Source of the DNA: the human T2T-CHM13v2.0 reference genome, Homo sapiens
Length of the DNA: 64,000 nt
Direction: 5' to 3' (one strand)
NCBI RefSeq assembly: GCF_009914755.1
Contig: NC_060937.1
Part shown: piece by piece, positions 26,901 to 40,500 of the stretch
Position numbering within the stretch: the first letter of the stretch is position 1
Layout of the letters: every line of letters begins with the position of its first letter
Notes under the pieces: model-generated
Database searches by the model: none
What the model saw: only the letters and a program-made list of their open reading frames with translations
What the model was told of the DNA's origin: nothing
Position numbers and translations under genes: made by a program

Positions 26901-29900
26901 TTCACAGAATTCTTCTGTGTAGTTTTTATGTGAAGATATTTCCTTTTCCAAAACAGGCCTGAAAGCTCTCCAATTATCAACTTTCAGATTCTACAAAGAG
27001 AGTGTTTCAAAACTGCTCAATCATAAGATAGGTTCAAATCTATGAGATGAATGCACACATCACAGAGAAGTTTCTTAGAATTCTTCTGTGTAGTATTTAT
27101 TTGAAGATATTTCCTTTTCCTCTGTAGGCCGCAAAGAGCTTCAAATATCCACTTGCAGATTATACAAAAAGAGAAATTCAAAACTGCTCAATCAAAAGAT
27201 AGGTTCAACTCAGTGATTTGAATGTACACATCACAAACGAGTTTCTTTGAATGCTTCTGTGTAGTTTTTATGTAAAGATATGTCCTTTTCCATAATAGGC
27301 CTAAAAGGGCTCCAAATATCCAGTTGCAGACTCTACAAAAAGAGAGATTCAAAACTGCTCAATCAAAACAAACTTTCAACTCTGTGGGATGAATGCACAC
27401 ATCACAAAGAAGTTTCTCAGAATGCGTCTATGTAGTTTTTACATGAAGATATTTGCTTTTCCACAGTTGACCTCAAAGCGGCCTATACAGATTCTATACA
27501 AACAGTGTTTCAAAACTGCTCAATCAAAAGGAAGGTTCAACTCTGCTCAATGAATACCCACATCACAAAGTAGTTTCTCAGAATGCTTCTAGTAGTTTTT
27601 ATGTGAAGATATTTCCTTTTACACAATAAGTCACAACGCGCTCAAACTATCCACCTGAAGTTTCTGCAAAGAGAGTGTTTCAAAACTGCTCAATAATAAG
27701 ATAGATTCATCTGTGTGAGATGAATGCACACATCACAAATAAGTTTCTCAGAATGCTTCTGTGTAGTTTTTATTTGAAGATATTTCCTTTACCTCCATAG
27801 GCCACAAAGGGCTCCAAATATCCACTTCCAGATTCTACAAGAAGAGAGATTAAAAACTTCACAATCAAAAGATAGGTTCAACTCTGTGAGTTGAATGCAC
27901 ACATCACAAAGTAGTTTCTCAGGAAGCTTCTGTGTATTTTTTTTGTTAAGATATTTCCTTTTCAACAATAGGACTCAAAACACTGCAAATATCTACTTTC
28001 ATATTATACAAAAAGAGTGTTTCAAAACTGCTCAATCAAAATAAAGTTTCAACTCTGTGAGATGAATGCAGACATCACAAAGAAGTATCTCAGAATGCTT
28101 CTGTGTAGTTTTTATGTAAAGATATTTGCTTTTCCACAGTAGGACTCAAAGCGCTCCAAATTTCCATTGCAGATACTACAAAAACAGGGTTTCAAAAGTG
28201 CTCAATCAAAAGAAAGTTTCAACTCTCTGAGATGAATGCACACATCACAAAGAAGTTTCTGTGAATGCTTCTGTGTAATTTCTATATGAAGACATTTCTT
28301 TGCCACAATAGGCCTCCAAGCTCTCCAAGTATACACTTGCAGATTTTACAAAGAGAGTTTTTCAAAACTGCTCAATCATAAGATAGGTTCAACTCTGTGA
28401 GATGAATGCATACAGCACAACGAAGTTTCTCAGAATGATTCTGTGTAGTTTTTATGTGAAGATATTTGATTTTCCACAGTAGGCCTCAAAGCGCTCCAAA
28501 TATCCCCTTGCAGATTCTACAAAAACAGTGTTTTAGAACTGCTGAAATATACGTTAGGTTCAACTCTGTGAGATGAATGCACGCATCACAAAGAAGTTTC
28601 TCAGAATGTTTCTGTGTAGTTTTCATGTGAAGATATTTCCTTTTCCTCCATAGGATGCAAAGGGCTCCAAATATCCAATTGCTGATTCTACAAAAAGAGA
28701 GATTCAAAACTGCTCAATCAAAAGATTAGTTCAACAATGTGAGTTGAATGCACACATCACAAAGATGTTTCTCAGAATGCTTCTGTGTAGTTTTTATGTG
28801 AAGATGTTTCCTTTTCCACTATAGGCCTCAAAGCGCTCAAGTATCCACGTGTAGATTCTACAAAAAGAGTGTTTCAAAACTGTTCAATCAAAAGAAAGGT
28901 TCAATTCTGTGAGATGAATGCATACATCACAAAGAATTTTCTCAGAATGATTCTGCGTAGTTTATATTTGAAGATATTTCCTTTTCCAATGTAGGTCTTA
29001 AAGAGCTCCAAATATCCACTTGAAGATTCTACAAAAGAGAGATTCAAAACTGCTCAATAAAAAGATATGTTCAACTCTATGAGTTGAATGCACTCATCAC
29101 AAAGAAGTTTATCAGAATACTTCTGAGTAGTTGTTATGTGAAGATATTTCCTTTTCTACCATATGCCGCAAAGGGCTCCAAATATCCACTTGCACATTCT
29201 ACAAAAAGTGAGATTCAAAACTGCTCAATCAGAAGACGGGTTCAACTCTGTGTGTTGAATGCACACATCGCAAAGAAGTTTCTCAGAATGCTTCTGTGTA
29301 GTTTTTATTGGAAGATATTTCCTTTACCATAATAGGTCTCAAAGCGCTCCAAATATCTACTTGCAATTTCTAAAAAAAGAGTGTTTAAAAACTGCTCAAT
29401 CAAAAGAAAGGTTCAAATCTCTGAGATGAATGTACACGTCACACAGAAGTTTCTGAGAATGCTTCTGTGTAGTTTTTATTGGAAGATATTTCCTTTTCCT
29501 CCATATGTCAGAAAGGGCTCCAAATGTCCACTTGCAGATTCTACAAAAAGACAGATTCAAAACTGCTCAATGAAAAGAGAGGTTCAACACTCTGAGTTGA
29601 ATACACACATCAATAATAAGTTTCTCAGAATGCTTCTGTATAGTATTTATGTGAAGATATTTCCTTTTCCACAATAAGCCTCAAAGCACTCCAAATATCC
29701 ACTTGCAGATACTAGAAAGAGAGTGTTTCAAAACTGCTCAATCATAAGATAGGTTCAACCCTGTGAGATGAATGCACACATCACAAAGAAGTTTTTCAGA
29801 ATGCTTCTGTGTAGTTTTTATGTGAAGATACTTGCTTTTCCGCAGTGAGCCTCAAAACCCTGCAAATACTGACTTGCAGATTCTACAAGAACAGTGTTTG

Positions 29901-30830
29901 AAAACTGCTGAATCAAAAGAAAGTTGGAATTTCGTGTGATGAATGCATACATCACAAAGAAGTTTCTCAGAATGCTTCTGTGTAGTTTTTATGTGAAGCT
30001 ATTTCTTTGCCATAGTAGGCCTCAAAGCACTCCAAGTATCCACTTGCAGATTCTACAAAGAGAGTGTTTCAAAACTGCTTAATCATAAGATAGGTTCAAC
30101 TCTGTGAGACGAAAACAAACATCACAAAGAAGTTTCTCAGAATACCTCTGTGTAGTTTTTATTTGAAGGTATTTCCTTTTCCTTCGTAGGTGGCATAGGG
30201 CTCCAATTATCCACTTGCAGATTCTACAAAAAAAGAGATGCAAAACTGCTTAATCAAAAGATAGGTTCAACTCTGTGAGTTGAATGCAAACATCACAAAG
30301 ATGTGTCTCAGAATGCTTCTCTGTAGTTTTTATGTGAACATATTTCCTTTTCCACAATAGGCCTCAAAGTGCTCCAAATATCCACTTGCAGATACTACAA
30401 AAAGAGTGTTTCAAAACTGCTCAATGAAAAGAAAGGTTCAACTCTGTGAGATGAATGCACACATCACGAAGAAATTTCTCAATATGCTTCTGTGCAGTTT
30501 TTATGTGAACATATATGCTTTTCCACCGTAGGCCTCCAAGGGCTCCATATATCCACTTGCAGATTCTACAAAAACAGTGTTTCAAAACTGCTCAATCAAA
30601 ATAAATGTTGAACACTGTGAGATTAATCCACACATCACAAAGAAGTTTCTCAGAATGTTTCTGTGTAGTTTTTATGTGAAGATATTTCCTTTCCCACAGT
30701 AGGCCTCAAAGCACTCCAAATATCCACTTGCAGATTCTAGAAAGAGAGTGTTTCAACACTGCTCAGTCATAAGATAGGTTCAACCCTGTGAGCTGAATGC
30801 ACGCATCACAAAGAAGTGTCTCAGAATTCT
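14951..30830 (-). repeat. Alpha satellite, monomeric layer B
   Basis: Signature tgtGtag + aaatAtccac, frequent ttccacaatagg and aagatagg. The left boundary is approximate. Confidence 0.92.
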
Positions 30831-33800
30831 TCTGACTAGTTTTTATATGAAGATATTTCCTTTTCCACCATAGGCCTTAAAGCGCTACAAATGTACACTT
30901 GCATATCCTACAAAAAGTGTATTTCCTAACTGGTCCATCAAAAGAATGGTTCAAATCTGGGAGATGAATGCACACATAACAAAGAAGTCTTTCAGATTGC
31001 TTCTGTCTAGATTTTATGTGATGATATTTCCTTTTCTACCATAGGCCACAAAGCATTCCAAATGTCCACTTGCAGATACTACAAAAAGAGTGTTTCCAAA
31101 CTGCTTCATCAAAAGAAATGTTCAACTCTGTGAGATGAACACAATCATCACAAAGAAGTTTGTCAGAATTCTTCTGTCTAGTTTTTATATGAAGATACTT
31201 CCTTTTCCACCTTAGGCCTAAAGGTGCTCACAATGTCCACTTGCAGATTCTACAAAAAGAGTATTTCAAAACTGTTCCACCAAAAGAAAGATTCAACTCT
31301 GAGAGATGAATGCACACATCACAAAGAAGTTTCTCAGAATGTTTCTGCGTAGTTTTTATGTGAAGATATTTCCTTTTGCACTACAGGCCTCAAAGCACTC
31401 TAAATGTCCACTTGCAGATTCTACAAAAGAGAGTTTCAAAACTACTCAATGAAAATAAAGGTTTAACTCTTTGAGATGAATGCACACATCACAAAGAATT
31501 TTCTGAGATTGCTTTTGTCTAGATTTTAAGTGAAGATACTTCCTTTTCTACAATAGGCCACAAAGCGATCCAAATGTCCATTTGTAGATTCTACAAAAAG
31601 AGTGTTTCCAAACTGCTGATTCAAATGAAAGGTTCAACTTTGTGAGAAAGGCATAACACATCAAAAAAAGTTTCTTAGAATTATTCTGTCTAGTTTTTAT
31701 GTGAAGATATGTCCTTTTCCACCAAAGGCCTCAAAAAGCTCCAAATGTCCACTTGCAGATTCTACAAAAAGAGAGTTTCAAAACTGCACAATCAAAAGAA
31801 AGTGTTAACTCTGAGATGAACGCACACATCACAAAGAAGTTTCTCAGATTGCTTCTGTCTGGATTTTATGTGAAGGTATTTCCTTTTCTACAATAGGCTG
31901 CAAAGCGCTCCAAATATCCACTTGCAGATTCTACAAAAAGAGTGTTTCCAAACTGCTCAATCAAAAGAAAATTTCAATTCTGTGAGATGAACACACACAA
32001 CACAAAGAAGTTTCTCAGAATTCCTCTGTCTAGTTTTTATGTGAAGATATTTCCTTTTCCACCATAGGACTCAAAACTCTGCAAATGTCCACATGCAGAT
32101 TCTACAAAAAGAATGTTTCCAACCTGCTCAATCGAAAGAAAGTTCAACTCTGTGAGATGAACGCACACATCACAGAGTAATTTGTCAGAATTCTTCTGTG
32201 TAGTTTCTATTTGAAGATATTACCTTTTCCACCATAGGCCTCAAAGTGCTCCAAATATCCACTTTCAGATTCTGCAAAAAGAGAGTTTCAGAACTGCTCT
32301 ATCAAAAGAAAAGTTCAACTCTGTGAGATGGATGCACACATCCCAAAGAAATTTCTCAGATTGCTTTTGTCTAGATTTCATGTGAAGATATTTCCTTTTA
32401 TACCATAGGCCAGAAAGCGCTCCAAATGTCCATTTGCAGATTCTACAAAAAGACAGTTTCCAAAGTGTTCAATCAAAAGAAAAGTTCAACTCTGTAAGAT
32501 GAACGCACACATCACAAAGAAGTTTCTCAGATCGCTTCTGTATAGATTTTATGTGAAGATATTTCCTTTTTTACCATAGGCCACAAGGTGCTACAAATGT
32601 CCACTTGCAGATACTACAAAAAGAGCGTTTAAAAATTGCTCAATCAAAAGAAAGGTTCACCTCTGTGAGAATAACGCACACATCACAAAGAAGTTTCTCA
32701 TAATTCTTCTGTCTAGTTTTTATGTGAAGATATTTCCTTTTCCACAATAGGCGTTAAAGAGCTCCAAATGTCCACTTGCAGATTCTACAAAAAGAGACTT
32801 TAAAAACTGCTCAACCAAAACAAAGGTTAAACTCTGTGAATGAATGCACACAACACAAAGAAGTTTCTCAGATTGCTTCTGTCTAGATTTTATGTGAAGA
32901 TATTTTCTTTTCTACCATAAGTTGCAAATCTCTCCAAATTTCTACTTGTAGATTCTACAAAAAGAGTGTGTCCAAACTGCTCAATAAAAAGGAAGGTTCA
33001 ACTCTGTGAGATGAATGCACACATCACAAAGAAGTTTCTCAGAATTCTTCTGTCTAGTTTTTATGTGAGGATATTTCCTTTTCCAGCATCAGCCACAAAG
33101 CGCTCCAAATGTCCACTTGCAGATTCTACAAAAAGAGAGTTTCAATACTGCTCAATCAACAGAAAGTTTTAACTCTGTAAGATGAACGCACACATCACGA
33201 AGAAGTTTCTCAGATTGCTTTTGTCTAGATTTTATGTGAAGATATTACCTTTTCTACCATAGACCACAAAGTGCTCCAAATGTCCATTTGCAGATTCTAC
33301 AAAAACATTGATTCCAAACTGCTCTATCAAAAGAACGGTTCAAATCTGTGAGATGAACGCACACATCAACAAGCAGTTTCTCAGAATTCTTCTCTCTAGT
33401 TTTTATGTGAAGATATTTCCTTTTCCACCATAGGCCTCAAAGCGCTCCAAATGTCCACTTGCAGATTCTACAAAAAGAGAGTTTCAAAACTATTCTATCA
33501 AAAGAAGGGTTTCAGCCTGTGAGATGAATGCACACATCACAAAGCAGTTTCTCAGATTGCTTCTGTCTAGATTTTATGTGAAGATATTTCCTTTTCTACC
33601 ATAGGCCACAAAGCTTTCCAAATATCCACTTGCAGATTCTACAAAAAGAGTGTTTCCAAACTGTTCAATCAAAAGAAAGTTTCAACTCTTTGAGATGAAC
33701 GCACACATCACAAAGAAGTTTCTCGGAATTCTTCTGCCTAGTTTCTATGTGAAGACATTTCCTTTACCACCATATTCCTCAAAGAGCTCCAAATGTCCAC

Positions 33801-36645
33801 TTGTAGATTTTAAAAAAAGAGTTTCATAAATGCTCAATCAAAAGAAAGTTTTAACTCTGTGAGATGAATGCTGACATCACAAAGAAGTTTCTCAGATTGC
33901 TTCTGTCTAGATTTTATGTTAAGATATTTCCTTTTCTACTGAAGACTGCAAAGCGCACCTAATGCCCACTTGCAGATTCTGCAAAAAGAGTGTTTCCAAA
34001 CTGCTCAATGAAAAGAAAGGTTCAGCTCTGTGAGAAGAACGTACACATCACAATGTAGATTCTCAGAATTCTTTTGTCTAGTTTTTATATGAACATATCT
34101 CGGTTTCTACCATAGGCTTCAAAGTGTTCCAAATGTCCACTTGCAGAATCTACAAAAAGAGAGATTCAAAACTGCTTAAGCAAACATATGATTAATTTTG
34201 TGAGATGCATGCACACATCACAAAGAAGTTTCTCAGATTGCTTATGTCTACATTTAAGGTGAAGATATTTTCTTTTCTACCAGAGGAAGCAAAGCGCTTC
34301 AAATGTCCACTTGCAGATTCTACAAAAAGAGTGTTTCAAAACTGCTCAATGAAAAGAAAGGTTCAATCCTGTGAGATGAATGCACACATCACAAAGAAGT
34401 TTCTCAGAATTCTTCTGTCTGGTTTTTATGTGAAGATATTTCCTTTTCCACCATAGGCCTCAAAACGCTCCAAATGTCCACTTGAAGATTCTACAAAAAG
34501 AGATTTCAAAACTGCTCAAACAAAACTTTAACTCTGTGAGATGAATGCACACATCACAAAGTAGTTTCTCAGATTGTTTCTGTCTAGATTTTATGTGAAG
34601 ATATTTCCTTTTCTACCATAGTCTGCAAAGCACTCCAAATATCCACTTCCAGATTCTACAAAAAGAGTGTTTCCAAACTGCTGAGTCAAAATAAAGGTTC
34701 AACTCTGTGGGATGTAAGCACAAATCACGAAGAAGTTTCTCAGAATTATTCTGCCTCGTTTTTGTGTGAAGATATTTCCTTTTCCACCATAGGCCTCAAA
34801 GTGCTCCAAATGTCCACTTGCAGATTGTACAAAAAGAGAGTTTCAAAACTGCTCAATCAAAAGACAGCTTTAACTCTGTGAGATGAATGCACACATCACA
34901 AAGAAGTTTCTCAGATTGCTTCTGCCTAGATTTTATGTGAAGATATTTCCTTTTCTACTATAGGCCATAAAGCATTCCGAAAGTCCACTTGTGGATTCTA
35001 CAAAAAGAGTGTTTCCAAACTACTCAATCAAAAGAACGTTTCAACTCTGTGAGATGAAGGCACACATCACAAAGAAGTTTCTCGGAATTCTTCTGTCTAA
35101 TTTTTATGTGAAGACATTTCATTCTCCACCATAGGCCTCATGGCTGTCGAAATGTCCACTTGCAGATTCTACAAAAAGAGTATTTCAAAACTGGTCCATC
35201 AAAAGAAAGTTTCAACTCTGTGAGATGAATGCACCCATCACGAAGAAGTTTCTCAGAATGTTTCCATCTAGGTTTATGTGAAGATATTTCCTTTTCCACC
35301 ACAGGTCTCAAAGCGCTCCAAATGTCCACATGAAGATTCTACAAAAAGAGAGTTTCAAAACTGCTCAGTCAAACAAAGGGTTAACTCTGTGAGATGAATG
35401 CACACATCACAAAGAAGTTTCTCAGATTGCTTCTGTCTAGATTTTATGTGAAGGTATTTCCTTTTCTACCATAGGCCACCAAGTGCTCCAAATGCTCACC
35501 TGCAGATTCTACAAAAACAGTGTTTCCAAACTGCTCAATCCAAAGAAAGTTTCAACTCTGTGAGATGAACATACACATCACAAAGAAGTTTCTCAGAATG
35601 CTTCTGTATAGTTTTTTATGTGAAGATATTTCCTTTTCTACCATAGGCCACAAAGCGCTCCAAATGTCCACTTGCAGATTCTACAAAAAGAGTGTTTCCA
35701 AACTGCTCAATGAAAAGAAAGGTTCAATCCTGTGAGATTAACGCACACATCACAAAGAAGTTTCTTGGAATTCTACTGTCTAGTTTTTCTGTTAAGATAT
35801 TTCCTTTTCCACCATAGGCCTCAAATCGCTCCAAATGTCCACTTGCAGATTCTAGAAAAATAGACTTTCAAAACTTCTCAATGAAAAGAAAAGTTTATCT
35901 CTGTGGGATGAATGCACACATCACAAAGTAGTTTTTCAGATTGCCTCTGTCTAGATTTTGTGTGAAGATATTTGCTTTTCCACCATAGACCTCAAAGCGT
36001 TCCAAATGTCCTCTTGCAGGTGGTACAAAAATAGAGTTTCAAAACTGCTTCATCAAAACAACGGTTTAATTCTGTCAGATGAATGTACACATCACAAAGA
36101 AGTTTCTCAGATTGCTTCTGTCTAGATTTTATGTGAAGATATTTCATTTTCTGTCATAGGCCGTAAAGCGCTCCAAATGTCCAGTTGCAGATTCTACAAA
36201 AAGAGTCTTTCCAAACTGCTCACTCAAAAGAAAGTTTCAACTCTGTGAGATGAACGCATACATCACAAAGAAGTTTCTCAGAATTATTCTGTCTAGTTTT
36301 TATGGGAAGATATTTCCATTTCAACCATTGGCCTCAATGCGCTCCAAATGTCCACTTGCAGATTCTACAAAAAGAGAGTTTCAAAACTGCTAAATCAAAA
36401 GAAATATTGAAGTCTGTGAGATGACTGTGCATATCACAAAGAAATTTCTCAGATTACTTCTGTCTAGATTTTATGTGAATATATTCCCTTTTTTACCAAA
36501 GGCCGCAAAGCGCTCGAAATGACAATTTGCAGATTCTACAAAAAGTGTGTTTGCAAACTGCTAAATCAAAAGGAATGTTCAACTCTGTGAGATGAACACA
36601 CACATCACAAAGTTGTTTCTCAGAATATTTCTGCCTAGTTTATTT

Positions 36646-37525
36646 TTATTTATTTTTATTTTTTATTATTATACTTTAAGTTTTAGGGTACATGTGCACA
36701 TCGTTCAGGTTAGTTACATATATATACATGTGCCATGCTGGTGCGCTGCACCCACTAACTCGTCATCTAGTATTAGGTGTATCTCCCAATGCTATCCCTC
36801 CCCCCTCCCCCCACCCCACAACAGTCCCCAGAGTGTGATGTTCCCCTTCCTGTGTCCATGTGTTCTCATTGTTCAATTCCCACTTATGAGTGAGAATATG
36901 CGGTGTTTGGTTTTTTGTTCTTGTGATAGTTTACTGAGAATGATGATTTTCAATTTCATCCATGTCCCTACAAAGGACATGAACTCATCATTTTTTATGG
37001 CTGCATAGTATTCCATGGTGTATACGTGCCACATTTTCTTAATCCAGTCTATCATTGTTGGACATTTGGCTTGGTTCCAAGTCTTTGCTATTGTGAATAA
37101 TGCCGCAATAAACATACGTGTGCATGTGTCTTTATAGCAGCATGATTTGTAGTCCTTTGGGCATATACCCAGTAAGGGGATGGCTGGGTCAAATGGTATT
37201 TCCAGTTCTAGATCCCTGAGGAATTGCCACACTGACTTCCACAATGGTTGAACTAGTTTACAGTCCCACCAACAGTGTAAAAGTGTTCCTATTTCTCCAC
37301 ATCCTCTCCAGCACCTGTTGTTTCCTGATTTTTTAATGATTGCCATTGTAACTGGTGTGGGATGATATCTCATTGTGGTTTTGATTTGCATTTCTCTGAT
37401 GGCCAGTGATGATGAGCATTTTTTCATGTGTCTTTTGGCGCATAAATGTCTTCTTTTGAGAAGTGTCTGTTCATGTCCTTCGCCCACTTTTTGATGGGGT
37501 TGTTTGTTGTTTTCTTGTAAATTTG
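36646..37525 (-). mobile_element. L1PA3-like, 5'-truncated (~880 bp)
   Basis: T-rich tail, cccactaactcgtcatctag, and the ORF2 C-terminus ([15 protein letters not shown]...[18 protein letters not shown]). Possible short TSD ttattt (36640-36645 / 37526-37531). Confidence 0.93.
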
Positions 37526-40500
37526 TTATTTGAATATATTTCCTTTTCCACCATAGACCTCAAAGCGTTACAAATGTCCACTTGCAGATCGTACAAAGAT
37601 AGTTTCAAAACTACTTCATCAAAAGAAAGGTTTAACTCTGTCAGATGAATTCTCACATCAGAAAGAATTTTCTCAGATTGCTTCTGTCTAGATTTTATGT
37701 GAAGATATTTCCTTTTCTGCCACAGGCCACAAAGTGCTCCAAATGTCCACTTGCAGATTCAACAAAAAGAGTGTTTCCAAATGACCCAAACAAAAGAAAG
37801 TTTCAACTCTGTGAGAGGAATGCACACATCACAAAGTAGTTTCTCAGAATTTGTCTTTCTAGTTTTTATGAGAAGATAATTCCTTTTTCACCATAGGTCT
37901 CAAAGCCTTCCAAATGTACAAATGCAGATTCGACAAAAAGAGAGTTTGAAAACTGCTCAATCAAAAGAAAGGGTTAACTCTGTGAGATGAATACACAAAT
38001 CACAAAGAAGTTTCACAGATTGCTTCTGTCTAGATTTTATGTGAAGATATTTCCTTTTCTACCATAGACCGTAAAGTGCTCCAAATGTTCACCTGCAGAT
38101 TCTACAAAAAGAGTGTTTCCAAAATGCTCAATCCAAAGAAAGGTTCATCTCTGTGAGATGAACATACACATCACACAGAAGTTTCCCAGAATGCTTCTAT
38201 ATAGTTTTTATGTGAAGATATTTCCTTTTCTACCATAGGCCACAAAGCGCTCCAAATATCCACTTGCAGATTCTACAAAAAGAGTGTTTCCAAACTGCTC
38301 AATGAAAAGAAAGATTCAATCCTGTGAGATGAACTCACATATCACAAAGAATTATCTCGGAATTCTTCTGTCTACCTTTTATGTGAAGGTATTTCCTTTT
38401 CCACCATAGGCCTCAAATCACTCAAAATGTCCACTTGCAGATATTACAAAAATAGATTTTCAAAACTGCTCCATCAAAAGAAAAGTTTAAATCTGTGGGA
38501 TGAATGCACACATCACTAAGATATTTCTCAGATTTCTTCTGTCTAGATTTCATGTGAAGACATTTCCGTTTCTACTGAAGGCCGCAAAACTCTGTCTGGT
38601 TTTTATGTGGAGATATTTTATTTTCCATCATAGGACTCAAAGTGCTCCAAATGTCCACTTTCAGATTCTACAAAAAGAGTGTTTCTAAATTGCTCAATGA
38701 AAAGAAAGCTTTAACTCTGAGATGAATGACACATCACAGTGAAGTTTCTCAGATTGTTACTGTGTAGATTTTATGTTAAGATATTTCCTTTTCTCACAGA
38801 GACCGCAAAGCGCTCCAAATGTCCACTTGCAGATTCTACACAAAGAGAGTTTCAAAACTGCTCAATTAAAAGATAGGTTTAACTCTGTGAGATGAATGCA
38901 CACGTCACAAAGAAGTTTCTCACATGGCTTGTGTCTAGATTTTATGCAAAGATATTCCTTTTCTAACATAGGCCACAAAGTGATCCAAATGTCCACTTGC
39001 AGCTTCTACAAAAAGAGTATTTCCAAACTGCTCAATGAAAAGAAAGGTTCACCTCGGTGAGATGAATGCTCACATCACTAAGAAGTTTCTCAGAATTATC
39101 CTATATGGTTTTTATTTGAAGATATTTCCTTCTCCACCATAGGTCTTAAGGCGCTCAAAATGTACTCTTGTAGATTCTTCAAAAAGAGTGTTTCAAAACT
39201 GGTCCTTCAAAATAAAGGTTAAACTATGAGAGGTGAATGCACACATCAAAAATAATTTTCTCAGAATGCTTCTATCCAGTTTTTATGTGAAGATATTTCC
39301 TTTTCCACCATAGGCCTCAAAGCACTCCAAATGTCCACATGCAGATTCTACAAAAAGAGAGTTTCAAAACTGCTCAATCAAAATAAAGGTTTAACTCTGT
39401 AAGATGAATGCTCTCATCACAAAGAAGTTTCTCAGATTGCTTCTGTCTAGATTTTATGTGAAGATATTTCCTTTTCTACCGTAGGCCACAAAGCCCTCTA
39501 AATGTCCACTTCCACATTCTGCCAAAAGGGTGTTTCCAAATGGCACAATGAAAAGAAAATTTCAACTCTGTGAGATGAATGCACACATCACAAAGAAGTT
39601 TCTGAGAATTCCTCTGTCTAGTTTTTATGTGAAGATATTTCCTTTTCCAACTTATGCCTCAAAGCACTCCAAAGTGCACTTGCAGATTCTACAAAAAAAG
39701 AGTTTCAAAACTGCTCAATGAAAACAAAGTTTTAACCCTGTGAGATGAATGCACACATCACAAAGGAGTTTCCCAGATTGCTTGTTTCTAGATTTTATAT
39801 GAAGATATTTCCTTTTCTACCATAGGCCGTAAAATGTTCCAAATGTCCACGTGCAGATTCTAAATAAAGAATGTTTTTAAACTGCTCAATCAAAAGAAAG
39901 GTTAATCTCTGTGTTACGAACGCACGCATCACAAAGAAGTTTCTCAGAATTTTTCTGTCTAGTTTTTATGTGAAGACATTTCCTTTTTTCACCATAGGCC
40001 TTAAAGCACTCCAAATGTCCACTTGCAGATTCTGCAAAAACAGAGTTTCAAAACTGCTCAAGAAAAAGAAATGTTTAACTCTGTGAGATGAATGCACACA
40101 TCACAAAGAAGTTTCTCAGATTGCTTCTGTCTAGATTTTACGTGAAGATACTTCCTTTCCTAACAAATCTGCAAAGCTATCCAAATGTTCTCTTGTAGAT
40201 TCTACAATAAGAGATTTTCAAAACTATTCAATCACAGGAAAGGTTTAACTCTGTGAGATGAATGCTCACATCACAAAAAGTTTCTCAGAATTCTTCTGTC
40301 TAGTTTTTATGTGAAGATATTTATTTTTCCACCATAGGCCTCAAAGTGCTCCGAATGTCCACTTGCAGATTCTACAAAAAAAGAGTATCAAAACTGCTCA
40401 ATCAAAAGAAAGATTTAGCTCTGTGAGATGAAAGCACACATTGCAAAGAAGTTTCTAAAGTTGCTTCTGTTTAGACTTTATGTGAAGATATTTCCTTTTC

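Noticed and set aside
36592-37008. Chimeric satellite-L1 ORFs (also 42692-43219 and satellite-Alu 50544-50783)
   Set aside because: Chance read-through across insertion junctions, with no promoter or splice evidence.
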